DNA of 19,429 nucleotides from Macrostomum lignano (Eukaryota): NCBI GenBank assembly GCA_002269645.1, contig NIVC01005234.1, positions 1 to 19,429 of the forward strand, read 5' to 3'. Shown piece by piece: positions 6,520 to 16,425 of this stretch (position 1 is its first letter; each line of letters starts with the position of its first letter). The notes under the pieces were generated by a model. It saw only the letters and a program-made list of their open reading frames with translations, ran no database searches and was not told where the DNA came from. The position numbers and the translations under genes were made by a program.

Positions 6520-9500
6520 ATGCCAAAAGCCAATCCAGCAAAAGATTTGTCAACAAATATTTTTCAAAAGGCGTCTCATTTCAAGACAAAAGTAATTTAC
6601 TAAGAGAAGCATGTAAACAAAAGTTTAACACCGACCCTGGTCACCTGGGAAGCTATGAAAAACAGTTGGAAATCATCAATCAATTAGAATCCAACCAGTA
6701 TGCGCCTATAAAAAATCCTGCAAAGGAACACCAAGAGAGGAGTCGCAACTTAGTTAACAAATATGAAACTCTCACTGGTGAAAAAGCAAAGTACCCACAA
6801 AATAAGCAGGAACAAGAGAAATTAGAGCAATTAATCCATTTAAAAGAGTCGGAGCTTGCCACTGAAGAGATTAATTTTGCACAGAGGAAGTTTACAGAAC
6901 ATTACATAGAGTACACAATCCCAATTAATGATACCACCGCAAACATCTACGACTATAAACACAGCATCCAATCAGTTGTTGATCACACACTCAAAACACG
7001 CAAGACTTTAAACTACAGATATCATTCAAGATTGCGTTTTATATGCCTGCGAAACCCACTGAGCATCTCGAGTATTACATGACAACAAAGGCAAAGCCAT
7101 TCACCCCAACAGACACACTGGATCCTTTCCTTCAAGATGTCACTAAGAAAATTGAAGCGTTTACATCCAGAGGTTCCGGATGGGTCGTGGAGGGATTCAA
7201 AGAGCGACTGTCATGGTCATGAAATATGACCCACTTAAAGCCTCCTCTTATATAGAGCTCCCACACAAGCTAGCCGGCAAAAAAGCTTGCATAAATGTTA
7301 AAAATAAAGACAATTGCTGTGCTCTATGGGCAGTTCTTTCTGCACTTTTTTGTGTCCCTCACCACCCCGAAAGAACCTCAAATTATCAAAATTATTTCAA
7401 CTACTATCTCATCGAATGCGAAAAGAAGGGAATCAGGTTTGACAAAGGAGGCTTGGCGATCTCTCAGATCCCAAAGCTAGAAGAAGTGTTTAATAACAAA
7501 ATTAGAATCACAGTCTTTGAGTGGAGTGAAAAACTGAGAAAGTTCAACCGGTCAGATGTAGCAAAGACGTTTTAGATCCTGAGGGGAAAAGGCGGACTGA
7601 AGTGGATCTTCTAGTGATTGGTAATTTACTAGAGGAGGCTCACTATGTTTGGATTAAAGATCTTTCAAGACTCATTCACAAGCAGTTGAATAATCATCAC
7701 GAGGCTGTTGCCATCTGCCGCTTGTGCCTTAAGCATTACAGTGGACCTGAACGCTTTGAAAAACTAGCAGAGCATGAATTATCATGCGAGGATCACCCAA
7801 CAAACTGCTCTCTTCCTTCAGCTGAAGAGAAGTATCTCCGGTTTAAGAACTATCACAAGATGGAGAAGCTCCCATTTGTTGTATATGCTGATTTCGAATG
7901 CTCAATCATGCCAGAAACTCAAAAACAAACTCAAACTCAAAAACATGTCCCCAATTCAGTAGCATATGCCTTTATTAATACAAAAGGACTTGTTGAGTAT
8001 AATTATTTCTTTGGAGAGCAGTGTGTGGAGCAGTTTATTGCCAGAATGTTAGAGTTGCAAAAAGTGATTAGCACCCTTCAACCTGTTCCAATAAGTATGT
8101 CTGAGGAGGATGAAAGCAATTTCCTATCAGCAACTCATTGCCACATCTGCAGGAAACATTTAACTTGCACTAATATTAAAAACCCCACCGTTAGGGACCA
8201 CTGCCACTTTACTGGGAAATTTAGAGGTGCAGCGCATAACACCTGTAATCTAAAGCTAAAATCGAACATTCATGATCTAACGATATTTTGTCACAACGCA
8301 AAGAACTATGACATGCATTTAATAGTTGAAAAAATCGGCATGATTCCAGACATACACCTTGATTGCATCGCAGAGAACAAGGAGAAGTTTAAGTGTGTTG
8401 ATATTAAACAGGATAATTCGGGTACAGGTAAAATAAGACTGAAGGATTCATATCAATTTCTAGCTGCCAGTCTAGACGAACTAAGCAAGAATCTAAAAGA
8501 TGAACAATGTACATATACAAAGATGTTTGCAAGTAAAATTAACAACACTGATGAATCATTTAAACTTTTAAGAAAGAAAGGCTTCTACCCCTATGAATAT
8601 TACTGGGTATCACGTATTTGAAGAAGGTTTACCACCACAGGAGAAGTTCTTTTCAAAGCTAACAGACTCTGGAATCTCTGACAAAGACTATGAGCACGCG
8701 AAGCATGTCTATAATTACTTTAATTGTCAAAACTTCTTCCAGTATCACCTGCTTTACCTCTACACAGATGTGTTTCTGCTGGCCGATGTGTTTGAAACCT
8801 TCAGATACACCTGGTACACAGCATATGGCCTCGATCCAGCACATTATGTGTCTCTGCCTGCCACTAGCTGGGAATCTTTGCTTAAAATGAAATGGGATCA
8901 AGATCCAGATTGGTACATTGAACTTCTTACAGACATTGACATGTACAATTTTGTCGAATCGTCAAAGCGAGGGGGAATCTCAATTTGCGTTAACAGGTAT
9001 GCAAAAGCAAACAATCCCTACATTGAATCTTACAATAAGGAGCAGCCCTCAAACTACATTACTTACTTGGACGCTAATAATCTCTACGGGTGGGCGATGA
9101 GTCAAGATCTTCCAGTTAGAGATTTTCGATGGCTACCCTCATCAGAATTCAAATGGGACTTTTCATTGGCTGCCATTTATGAGGTTGATGTTTACATTCC
9201 ACCAGAGCTTCACGACTATTTCTCTGACTTTCCACCCTTCCCAGAGAACATCAAGTGCCCGAAAATAATCGAAACTCCCAATGATAATAATGGAACTTGG
9301 CACCTGTCAGGAACAGAAAAAGAACATACAGAGAAACTAACACAGAATCTAAACAACAAGACACGTTACAAAATCATTACAAACTGCTTCAGTATTTTAT
9401 CTCACTTGGTTGCAGGGTCACCAAAGTTCACAGGGCTCTTACATTTACAGAGGAAGCGTGGATGAAACCCTACATTGATAAGAACACCCAGTTTAGGACC

Positions 9501-10348
9501 AAAGCAACCAACGACTTTGACAAGAACCTCTTTAAGTTGGCCAACAACTCTGTCTATGGCAAGACTCTTGAGAATGAGCGGAAAAGAACAAACCTGAAAC
9601 TTGTTACCTCATCAGAGCCTGCTGTTATTCAGGCAAATATGTCAAAGCCAACATTCAAAGAACTCCATATCTTTAATAGCTACTTAGGTGTGATCATATT
9701 TTACAAAACCAAGGTGACGCTGCGCAAGCCGATCTATACAGGTGTCACTGTTCTCGACGAATCAAAACGTCTGATGTACCAATTCTTCTATGGCATGAAG
9801 CAGCAGTACAAGGATAAAATGAAACTCTTGTACACTGACACAGACAGTTTTATTATGGACATTCAAACAGAAGACATTTATCAGGACATGCTGCAGCAAA
9901 AAGAGTTGTTTGACTTGTCTGAGTATGACGAATCTTGCAGGACGCTGAATGGTGATCAAGTGTTTGACGCCACTAACAAGAAAGTGATTGGGAAAATGAA
10001 GGACGAGATTGCTGGTGACATAATCACTGAATTCATTGGGTTGAGAGCAAAGTCCTATTTTATAAAATGTGAGTCGTCAGACCCAATCAAAAAATCAAAG
10101 GGAATTCCGAAACGTGTGTTAGGAAGGAAATTAATGAAGCTGAATACAGAGACGCCTTGAATTGCAACAAAAAGACATCACATGAGTTCTCAAAGCTACA
10201 ATCTAAAAACCATATTATTCACACAATTCAGCAAAAGAAGATTGGACTGTCAGGTGCAGATAACAAGAGATTCATTTTTGATGACAATATCAACAGTCTA
10301 CCGTTCGGGCATTGGAGGTTAGGTTTAGGAGGTGGATATTGGGTTTAG
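6520..10348 (+). CDS. polB: Protein-primed family B DNA polymerase, ~1278 aa after repairing 7 frameshifts
   Basis: N-terminal RGSGW...KYDPLKASSYIELP...CINVKN; ExoI YADFEC, ExoII HNAKNYD, ExoIII YLYTDVFLLADVFE; Pol A YLDANNLYGWAM, Pol B KLANNSVYGKT, Pol C YTDTDS; KVIGKMKDE and C-terminal DNKR...PFGHW. EndoVII-like CHIC...DHCHFTGKFRGAAHNTCN is present. Start ATG 6520 follows TAGAGAAAAAA. Confidence 0.97.
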
Positions 10349-10381
10349 GTTTAAGAGAAAGTTTAATAAACCTCATAAAAA

Positions 10382-10782
10382 ATGACGACAAATAACTTTC
10401 TTGAAGATTTGGCTAACGAACTGGAAATCCCAAACTTTAGAGGAATATTTATGAGGGACACTCTGCCTGATTTTCCTCTAAGAAAGAATGCGGCATCATG
10501 AACTTTGACACCACCGATAAGCCAGGATCTCATTGGGTTTGCTGGGTGATTGATCCCGATCGCAAGCACAAGTGTTATTACTTCGATAGCTATGGGACGG
10601 CAGTACCAGAAGAGCTAAGAAATTATATGAAGGGAAAAAATAATAAAAAAATTTATCGCTCAGACTTTATTCTCCAAGGTCTTAGCAGTGATATTTGCGG
10701 TGAGCTGTGCATGACTGTTTTGTATGCAATGACCAAAACACGAAAGACCTACAAGGAAATTATTCTTGGCTGTGTTTCATAG
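10382..10782 (+). CDS. Adenain-like (C5-type) maturation cysteine protease, ~133 aa after one -1 frameshift (~10480)
   Basis: N-terminus MTTNNFLEDLANELEIPNFRGIFMRDTLP, then (K)ECGIMNFD...GSHWVCW (His), YFDSYG (Asp), Q...DICGELC (oxyanion Gln and catalytic Cys). Confidence 0.92.
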
Positions 10783-11497
10783 GGTTCATTGTGCATTTCT
10801 CGTTGTCTTCTCGTTGTCCTTCTTTCCACATAATGTTGAAGAACTTTCTCGAGTTCATTTCTCAGCTGACTCATGTCATCAGTACCGACCATGTTCAAGT
10901 TCATTCGAATTGATTGTTCATAAAGATCCTGAATGGTTTTGAACTCATCCTCTGAAATGAACTTATCCTCGATTGCCCTTGAAATGTACCCTATGATTGA
11001 AGTGTGCACCCCTTTCTCTTTTACTTGCTTCTCCTGTAGCTGCTTTAGTTTTTTTCGCCTGTTTCGCGCTAATGCTCCAGTAATTGCTGAAATAAGTCCA
11101 CATGCAGCACCCACAGAGCCGAGCGGGATTGCGATTGGGGCTGTGATGACTGGCAACACTGAGACAGCTGCAGCAGATCCAGATAGAACAGACACAGATC
11201 CTAGAATCATATTGCTGTAGTCGAAAAATTTACAGTGGTTGTCATAGCGCTTAATTTTCTTTGTGTTGTGGAAAATATTTTTTTCAAGATCATCGCGCAT
11301 TTTTTGAATCTCCACCAGTCGAAACTGCTGAGAGTTACAAGTAATGACGGGTAGAGTTTTTGTTGCTCATATTGAGGTGCATTCAGATTCGGTGCCAGGT
11401 TTTGTGTGTTCGAATTCGGTGCCATTGAGTTTGGTGCTGTCGGTATTTTAGGTTCAACGTATTGAGACTGATCGTATAGAGAATTTTGTTGGGCCAT
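10749..11497 (-). CDS. Conserved Polinton hydrophobic/membrane-active protein (probably the adintovirus 'GasderminX'-type family), ~249 aa after one -1 frameshift
   Basis: LYPSL...QQFRLVEIQK, FFDYSNMILGSVSVLSGSAAAVSVLPVITAPIAIPLGSVGAACGLISAITG (two hydrophobic helices), basic RRKKLK, ISRAIEDKFISEDEFKTI. This matches a protein I recognise as common in animal Polintons; the family name is from recall. Confidence 0.72.
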
Positions 11498-11589
11498 TTT
11501 TTTCTCTAGAAAAAATAAAAAAAATTATAAAACTATCCGGTTGAAAGATCTGTTTTCTTTTTGATAATTCCATCTGCACCGCCGGTTGT

Positions 11590-12407
11590 CTAGGCGGCTC
11601 TCGTGACGCCGGAGGATCGCGAGTCCAGCAGGCAGCGGCTGGGCGGCTGACGTTTGAGAGCGTGCCGGATTACTCCGGCGGGGTCCAGAGCTCCTTCTAC
11701 TCGATCTGTAGACATGACCGGACGAGCAGCAGATTCTGCTTCATCAATAGCAATGTCACGAAGATTGAGTGTTCTCTCCAGACGATCAAGCCTCCTTAGT
11801 ATTTTACCCCAGGAGCTATACATTCCGTTTAGATAGCTACTGTGTGATACATCCTTTCTCTTTAATGCTTCAAGTCTTTCTTTGATTCGATCATGCAACG
11901 ATGTTGACTGAGTCATGAACTCTTCTAAATTATTGACTTTAACTGTGTTGGTTGCGACGTTTTCTTTAATTCTATCATGCAACGCTGTTGACTGGTTCAT
12001 GAACTCTTCTAAATTATTTACTTTAGCTGTGTTTGTGAAAACTCCTCCTTCAAGAATACGCATCCGTCTATCAGTGGAATTTCCCAGAAGATTAACTGAT
12101 GATCTCAAGCCGTTGATTAGCGAGACTATCGAAGTTATTTCTGACCTAAGTTCATTAGTTGCGTTTAACAACGGCACATAAAGCTTATCACTTTCAAACT
12201 TCTGCCTAGCTACTTTAAGCCTGAGATCTTCCATGTTTATTTGCAACTGGTGCATGGAGCGCTCTAGGGCTTTCAGTCTGTTTTTATTCAGTTTGATCTC
12301 TGGGATCTTTTCGTCGCTGTTGATATATCGCCTGTCAAGGATGGATATTGAGCTGATGTAAGAGCGCTGTTGCCAGAAATGGATTCACCTGCAAAGTTTA
12401 TCGACAT
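11590..12407 (-). CDS. Coiled-coil protein with 28-aa tandem duplication (possible fibre/spike), ~272 aa if the N-terminus MSINFAGES... is joined by one -1 frameshift
   Basis: ORF 11590..12255 is open upstream (ILDRRYINSDEKIPEIKLNKNRLKAL). ATG 12407 has an ATTAAAAG context. Heptad-rich sequence; 84-bp repeat at 11876-12036. Confidence 0.65.
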
Positions 12408-12423
12408 CTTTTAATAGCAAATT

Positions 12424-13224
12424 TTAAATTACAGTTCTTTTTTCTTTGCTGATAATCACAAACTGGTAAGGCTGATTCCACTTGTCATAGCAAAGATTAA
12501 CGAATTCCTCTTGTGAAATCTTTCTGCTTGAGTTTTTTGTTGGATTTATGAAATAGGCAGGCGCAATGACCTCATTGTAAAATCTTTTTAACCTGTCCTG
12601 TGGAATGGTTGGAAACAGGAGAATCAGATTGCAGTTCCCACGAATTGTTTTGTTCGGGAGCTCGAACCAGTTCTGTGCAATGTAAATTACATTACAATTG
12701 TTATGTCGCCCTCTTGTAAAATAGTTTTCTATCTGCTTCTGTGGGCCTGTCATACAATCATCAAAGACGATCAAATGCTTTCTCCCCTTTTCTAGCTCAT
12801 CTGGTTGGGGTAGAAGTTTGGTCTTTGGATCAGCCTGTGGATCTCCATAGGTGAACACTTTAATGTTCTGCCATTTTTCATTGTCTTTGAGGTGCTTTGC
12901 ATATTCGGCAGCTACAATTTCAGGGTTACTGGGAAGGCTCATTTGGTTATTAAAACATGCAATAATGTCCTCTTTGTTCAGCTTGTTTTGAAGCCCTGCA
13001 ATCAGCATTCTATACTCATCTTGATACAGTGTGGGAGAGTAGATGTGCAGAGTGTCATAGTCGATAAATCCAGGTCTAAGAAGCATGTTAAAGACTCTGA
13101 ATGTTTTACCTGAACCTGACGAACCAACAACAATGCATCTGAAGTGACTCGGGATTGACTCATGATGAGAAAACTTAATCTGATTACGCGTCCAGTGAGG
13201 ATTGAAGTCGTTTGAAAAGTCCAT
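12424..13224 (-). CDS. A32/FtsK-HerA-type DNA packaging ATPase, 266 aa
   Basis: Walker A GSSGSGKT, Walker B LIVFDD, arginine finger FTRGRHNN, YIAQ sensor motif, TIRGNCN. The extreme C-terminus may be frameshifted in an A-run. Confidence 0.95.
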   Translation of the reverse strand: MDFSNDFNPHWTRNQIKFSHHESIPSHFRCIVVGSSGSGKTFRVFNMLLRPGFIDYDTLHIYSPTLYQDEYRMLIAGLQNKLNKEDIIACFNNQMSLPSNPEIVAAEYAKHLKDNEKWQNIKVFTYGDPQADPKTKLLPQPDELEKGRKHLIVFDDCMTGPQKQIENYFTRGRHNNCNVIYIAQNWFELPNKTIRGNCNLILLFPTIPQDRLKRFYNEVIAPAYFINPTKNSSRKISQEEFVNLCYDKWNQPYQFVIISKEKRTVI

Positions 13225-13261
13225 TTTTTCTATGATGAAAAAAAATTAAATAATAAATAAT

Positions 13262-13450
13262 TTAGATGTGTCATTTCGGGACTTAGATGTGTCATTTTGG
13301 GACTTAGATGTGTCATTTTGGGACTTAGATGTGTCATTTTGGGACTTAGATGTGTCATTTTGGGACTTAGATGTGTCATTTTGGTACTTAATTGTGTCAT
13401 TTTGGGACTTAGATGTGTCATTTTGGGACTTAGATGTGTCATTTTGAGAC
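13262..13450. repeat. 21-bp tandem repeat (TTAGATGTGTCATTTTGGGAC) x 9, upstream of the ATPase gene
   Basis: Exactly 189 bp of near-identical units. The minus strand reads (MTHLSPK)n. Confidence 0.97.
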
Positions 13451-13493
13451 TAGTCTTGTACCTTTACATTTCTTGTACCCTCGGAAAGTACCT

Positions 13494-13869
13494 TTAGTCA
13501 AATTTGAAACCACTTCCTTTTTTAATGCTTGCTCTCATCTTCTCATAGACTGCAGGGTCCACACTGTCTGGGTTTGGGGCCAGCGGGCCAGAGGTTGAAT
13601 CTCTTGTTTAGGTGTTACAGTATCCTTTATCTTTTTGGCTGCTGTGGCTACACTGCCAGCCGCTTCGGCAACGTTCTTGATGTTCTCTTTGTTCTCTCCA
13701 ATGACCTTAAAAATCTTGGCCCCTGAGCGATCAAATCGGCAAGGCCATTCCCAGAGCGTTCTTTTCTTGGATAGTGGCCTGCAGGGAAAAGTCCAGATCC
13801 GCGTTTAATGAGATTAAGTTCCTCTTTGTCATAGTATTTGTCCACGTCTTTCTCAAAAATAATCGGCAT
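13494..13869 (-). CDS. Small GxG-motif putative virion core protein, ~125 aa after two -1 frameshifts
   Basis: MPIIFEKD...KRGSGLF...RSGNGLADLIAQG / AKIFKVIGENKENIKNVAEAAGSVATAAKKIKD / DSVDPAVYEKMRASIKKGSGFKFD*. The style is typical of Polinton small basic proteins. Confidence 0.68.
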
Positions 13870-13885
13870 CTTTTTAAATAGAAAT

Positions 13886-15091
13886 TTATTTTTTGTTAAA
13901 CCGTGAAAGCAAAAGTTCTCTTGCTCTTTTATCGATATATTTTCTCTCAAGCATTTTGTCCAGGATGTTGACAAATTCTTTTCTATTCTCGTCTTTCATT
14001 CCGGTCTTTGCCGCTCCTAGAAGAACAGCTAACCGCTTGTAGAATTCAGGCATGCCTTTTCCGGAAGAGCTTGGAGGTGATTCGAATGATTGGTCAGAGG
14101 AGGAACTGTCATGTGGCGCTTGTCTTTGTTGAGGTGTGAATACTCTGTCATTGATTCGCTTCATTCGTTCTGGGGAGAGCCGCTCTAATTGTCGCCAAGT
14201 ATCAGGGTTTGTATCTTTGTACTGGGAAATCTCATTTGGCCCTGCTTTTTCAAGCGCTTCTAGTACTTGTTCGGGTGTGATTTGTTGCTGTGGCGGTGGA
14301 GGTTGTTGTGGTTGTGGTTGTGTTTGTGGTTGCTGCTGTTGTGGTTGTTGTAGTTGTTGTTTTGGTTGCTGCTGTTGTGGTTGCTGCTGTTGTGGCTGTG
14401 GTTGTTGTCTTATGACCTCTTCTTGATCCGGCAAACCAAACCATTGTTTAAAGTATTTGTATTTTCTAAACCTGTTCAAGTCAATCCTGTTTTCATGTAA
14501 AACTTTCAAAACACCGTTGTTCTTGAGAATGTCTATGTCCCTCTCTAAAGCGAAGGTAACCAGATCTCTATAATTCTTTAATTGCTTCTCGGATATTTTT
14601 TCCTGATTTTTAGTCATGTAGTCGAGTAAACTTTGAGTGAAGGGGATTCGTTTAGTTTCTGCGCCTTTATTGATTGAAATAGTTTCCTTCGTCACTTCAA
14701 TGTTGTAATCCGCCGGTTCCCCGGTGATATTTTTTCGCCAGGCGCTAATTCCAAATATATATTTTCCATCATCCGTTACGGGGCCAAAAAAGTTATCCGT
14801 CACTTTCATCTGCACTGGTTGTCCTGGTTGCTGAGCCTGTGGTTGTCCCGGTGAAGATGGGATTTTACCCAATGTGTTTTGCAACTGGCTCTCTTGAATA
14901 TCATCAATTGTTTCCTTCACAGTGTCGATGTTTTTCTTCGCTTCTGTGTATCCAGGTTTGTGAAATTCGGTGGCTGCTTGGACGAATTCATTGTAAGATT
15001 GTTGTTCTTTGTTGATTAGTCCGGTAACTCGTTTCTCTGCTTGCGCCAGCTTTTCTAGTTCAGAGATATGATATGAACTTTTCCGCTTCAT
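13886..15091 (-). CDS. Conserved Polinton structural/core-type protein with Q/P-rich low-complexity insert, 401 aa, intact
   Basis: Long intact ORF with a polyQ/P tract (14280-14410), SSGKGM motif and C-terminal KRLAVLLGAAKTG...EFVNILDKML module, as seen in Polinton proteins next to capsid genes. Confidence 0.82.
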   Translation of the reverse strand: MKRKSSYHISELEKLAQAEKRVTGLINKEQQSYNEFVQAATEFHKPGYTEAKKNIDTVKETIDDIQESQLQNTLGKIPSSPGQPQAQQPGQPVQMKVTDNFFGPVTDDGKYIFGISAWRKNITGEPADYNIEVTKETISINKGAETKRIPFTQSLLDYMTKNQEKISEKQLKNYRDLVTFALERDIDILKNNGVLKVLHENRIDLNRFRKYKYFKQWFGLPDQEEVIRQQPQPQQQQPQQQQPKQQLQQPQQQQPQTQPQPQQPPPPQQQITPEQVLEALEKAGPNEISQYKDTNPDTWRQLERLSPERMKRINDRVFTPQQRQAPHDSSSSDQSFESPPSSSGKGMPEFYKRLAVLLGAAKTGMKDENRKEFVNILDKMLERKYIDKRARELLLSRFNKK

Positions 15092-15121
15092 TTCTTATTT
15101 TATTTTATTTTTAGTTAAAAA

Positions 15122-16406
15122 ATGAACGACCCACTGACACCAGTTTTCTACAAAATTAACAAGCCTATTTTGAGTGATGATAGCACAATCAAAGCGACAC
15201 AAGTTAGAGTTCCGAGTCACGAGAACCAGAATGAAACTAATTTGGGTCCAGGTCAAACACTGACATTTACATACAATGGATGTTCGTCTCTGGTTAGTGT
15301 GCACAGTCTTAAGAGCGGCTTCCATATGACATTTCAATTCAAGACAAAGGTGGTGCGGATGCGGCTCGTGCTAACGTTGACAAGCATGATGCGGATGTGG
15401 CTCTGATCAGTAACTTTTGGGCGTACATGTTCAAGGAGTTTAGTGTATCGAATGGGAGCACAGAGTTGGAGCGAATCGCCAACTTTGGAATTGTCTATGA
15501 CGCTCATTGTTTGATCGAGAATCCTGATTTTATTCAGTTGGGAAGTGGTGCGGGTTTTATTGCAGATGAAAAAGAAGGAGACATCAATGACAGTGGCTAT
15601 AAAAAGAGGAAGAAGAGATACAACTATGCATTGCAAGGTGCTGATGATGCTGCTAAGAACCCGCAGTATCGGTCTGTTGATGTATTTGTACCATTGAGAT
15701 TCATGAGTGGATTCTGTAATACATTTAATCGACTGACTAGTAACTTTAGCTACACTTTAGGATGACTAGAGATGATCGCAGTAGAGTGTTGTGGACTGGG
15801 GCGGACCACACAAGGATGGAGGTGAAGCTAACCGGAATCGAGCTGTATTTGGAAGTCATTGAGCCAAAGACTGCACTAAAAGCAGATTATCTTAAGGCAA
15901 TAGAGAAGGACATTGATGTTGCATACACAGCCTACATGTGTCGAGATGAGCGAAACGAAACTAGAACAAACATCTGCATTAAAGAGGGATCATGCAGCAA
16001 TCCAAGGTATATCATTATTAATATGAGAAACCCAAATAGCATTATACGCTACATGCATGGAGACGTGCGGTCCATTCAGCATGAAATCAGTGATAATCTT
16101 TACCCTGCACTGCCACAAAATGGAGATTTCAGTCAGAACAAGATTAGCAAATTTTACAGCGAGTTGGTCGACTTGGCTGTGAAAGAGAACAATGGAATTG
16201 CTATCACTGCTCTTCAATATGGAACTCTATATCCGATGTTTGGCGCTGATGTGTCTGCCAGACAAATGCCTACTGATAACAGCCCTGTGAATATCGTGAC
16301 TAACATTGAAAGGACTGCCGCAACACCCGTGGACCTGTACATTATCTATGCATTTGAGAGGAAGGTGAAGCTTAACATGATCAACAATTCATCCAGTAAA
16401 GTTTAA
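15122..16406 (+). CDS. Double jelly-roll major capsid protein, ~428 aa after two -1 frameshifts (~15348, ~15760)
   Basis: Repaired path contains VALISNFWAYMFKEFSV...ELERI, DVFVPLRFMSGFC, LTGIELYL, NPRYIII, LYPMFGADVS, IYAFERKV. Size and motifs fit Polinton MCP, and it lies immediately upstream of the penton. Confidence 0.85.
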
Positions 16407-16425
16407 ATATTTTTTTGTGAAAAAA

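Noticed and set aside
10312-10352. TTAGG-like repeats at the PolB 3' end
   Set aside because: Three scattered copies overlapping the last codons; insufficient for a telomeric insertion call.
14136-14444. Cys-rich and Thr-rich ORFs (also 18192..18493 on the minus strand)
   Set aside because: These are alternative-frame or antisense readings of CAA/CAG polyQ tracts, not metallothioneins or mucins.
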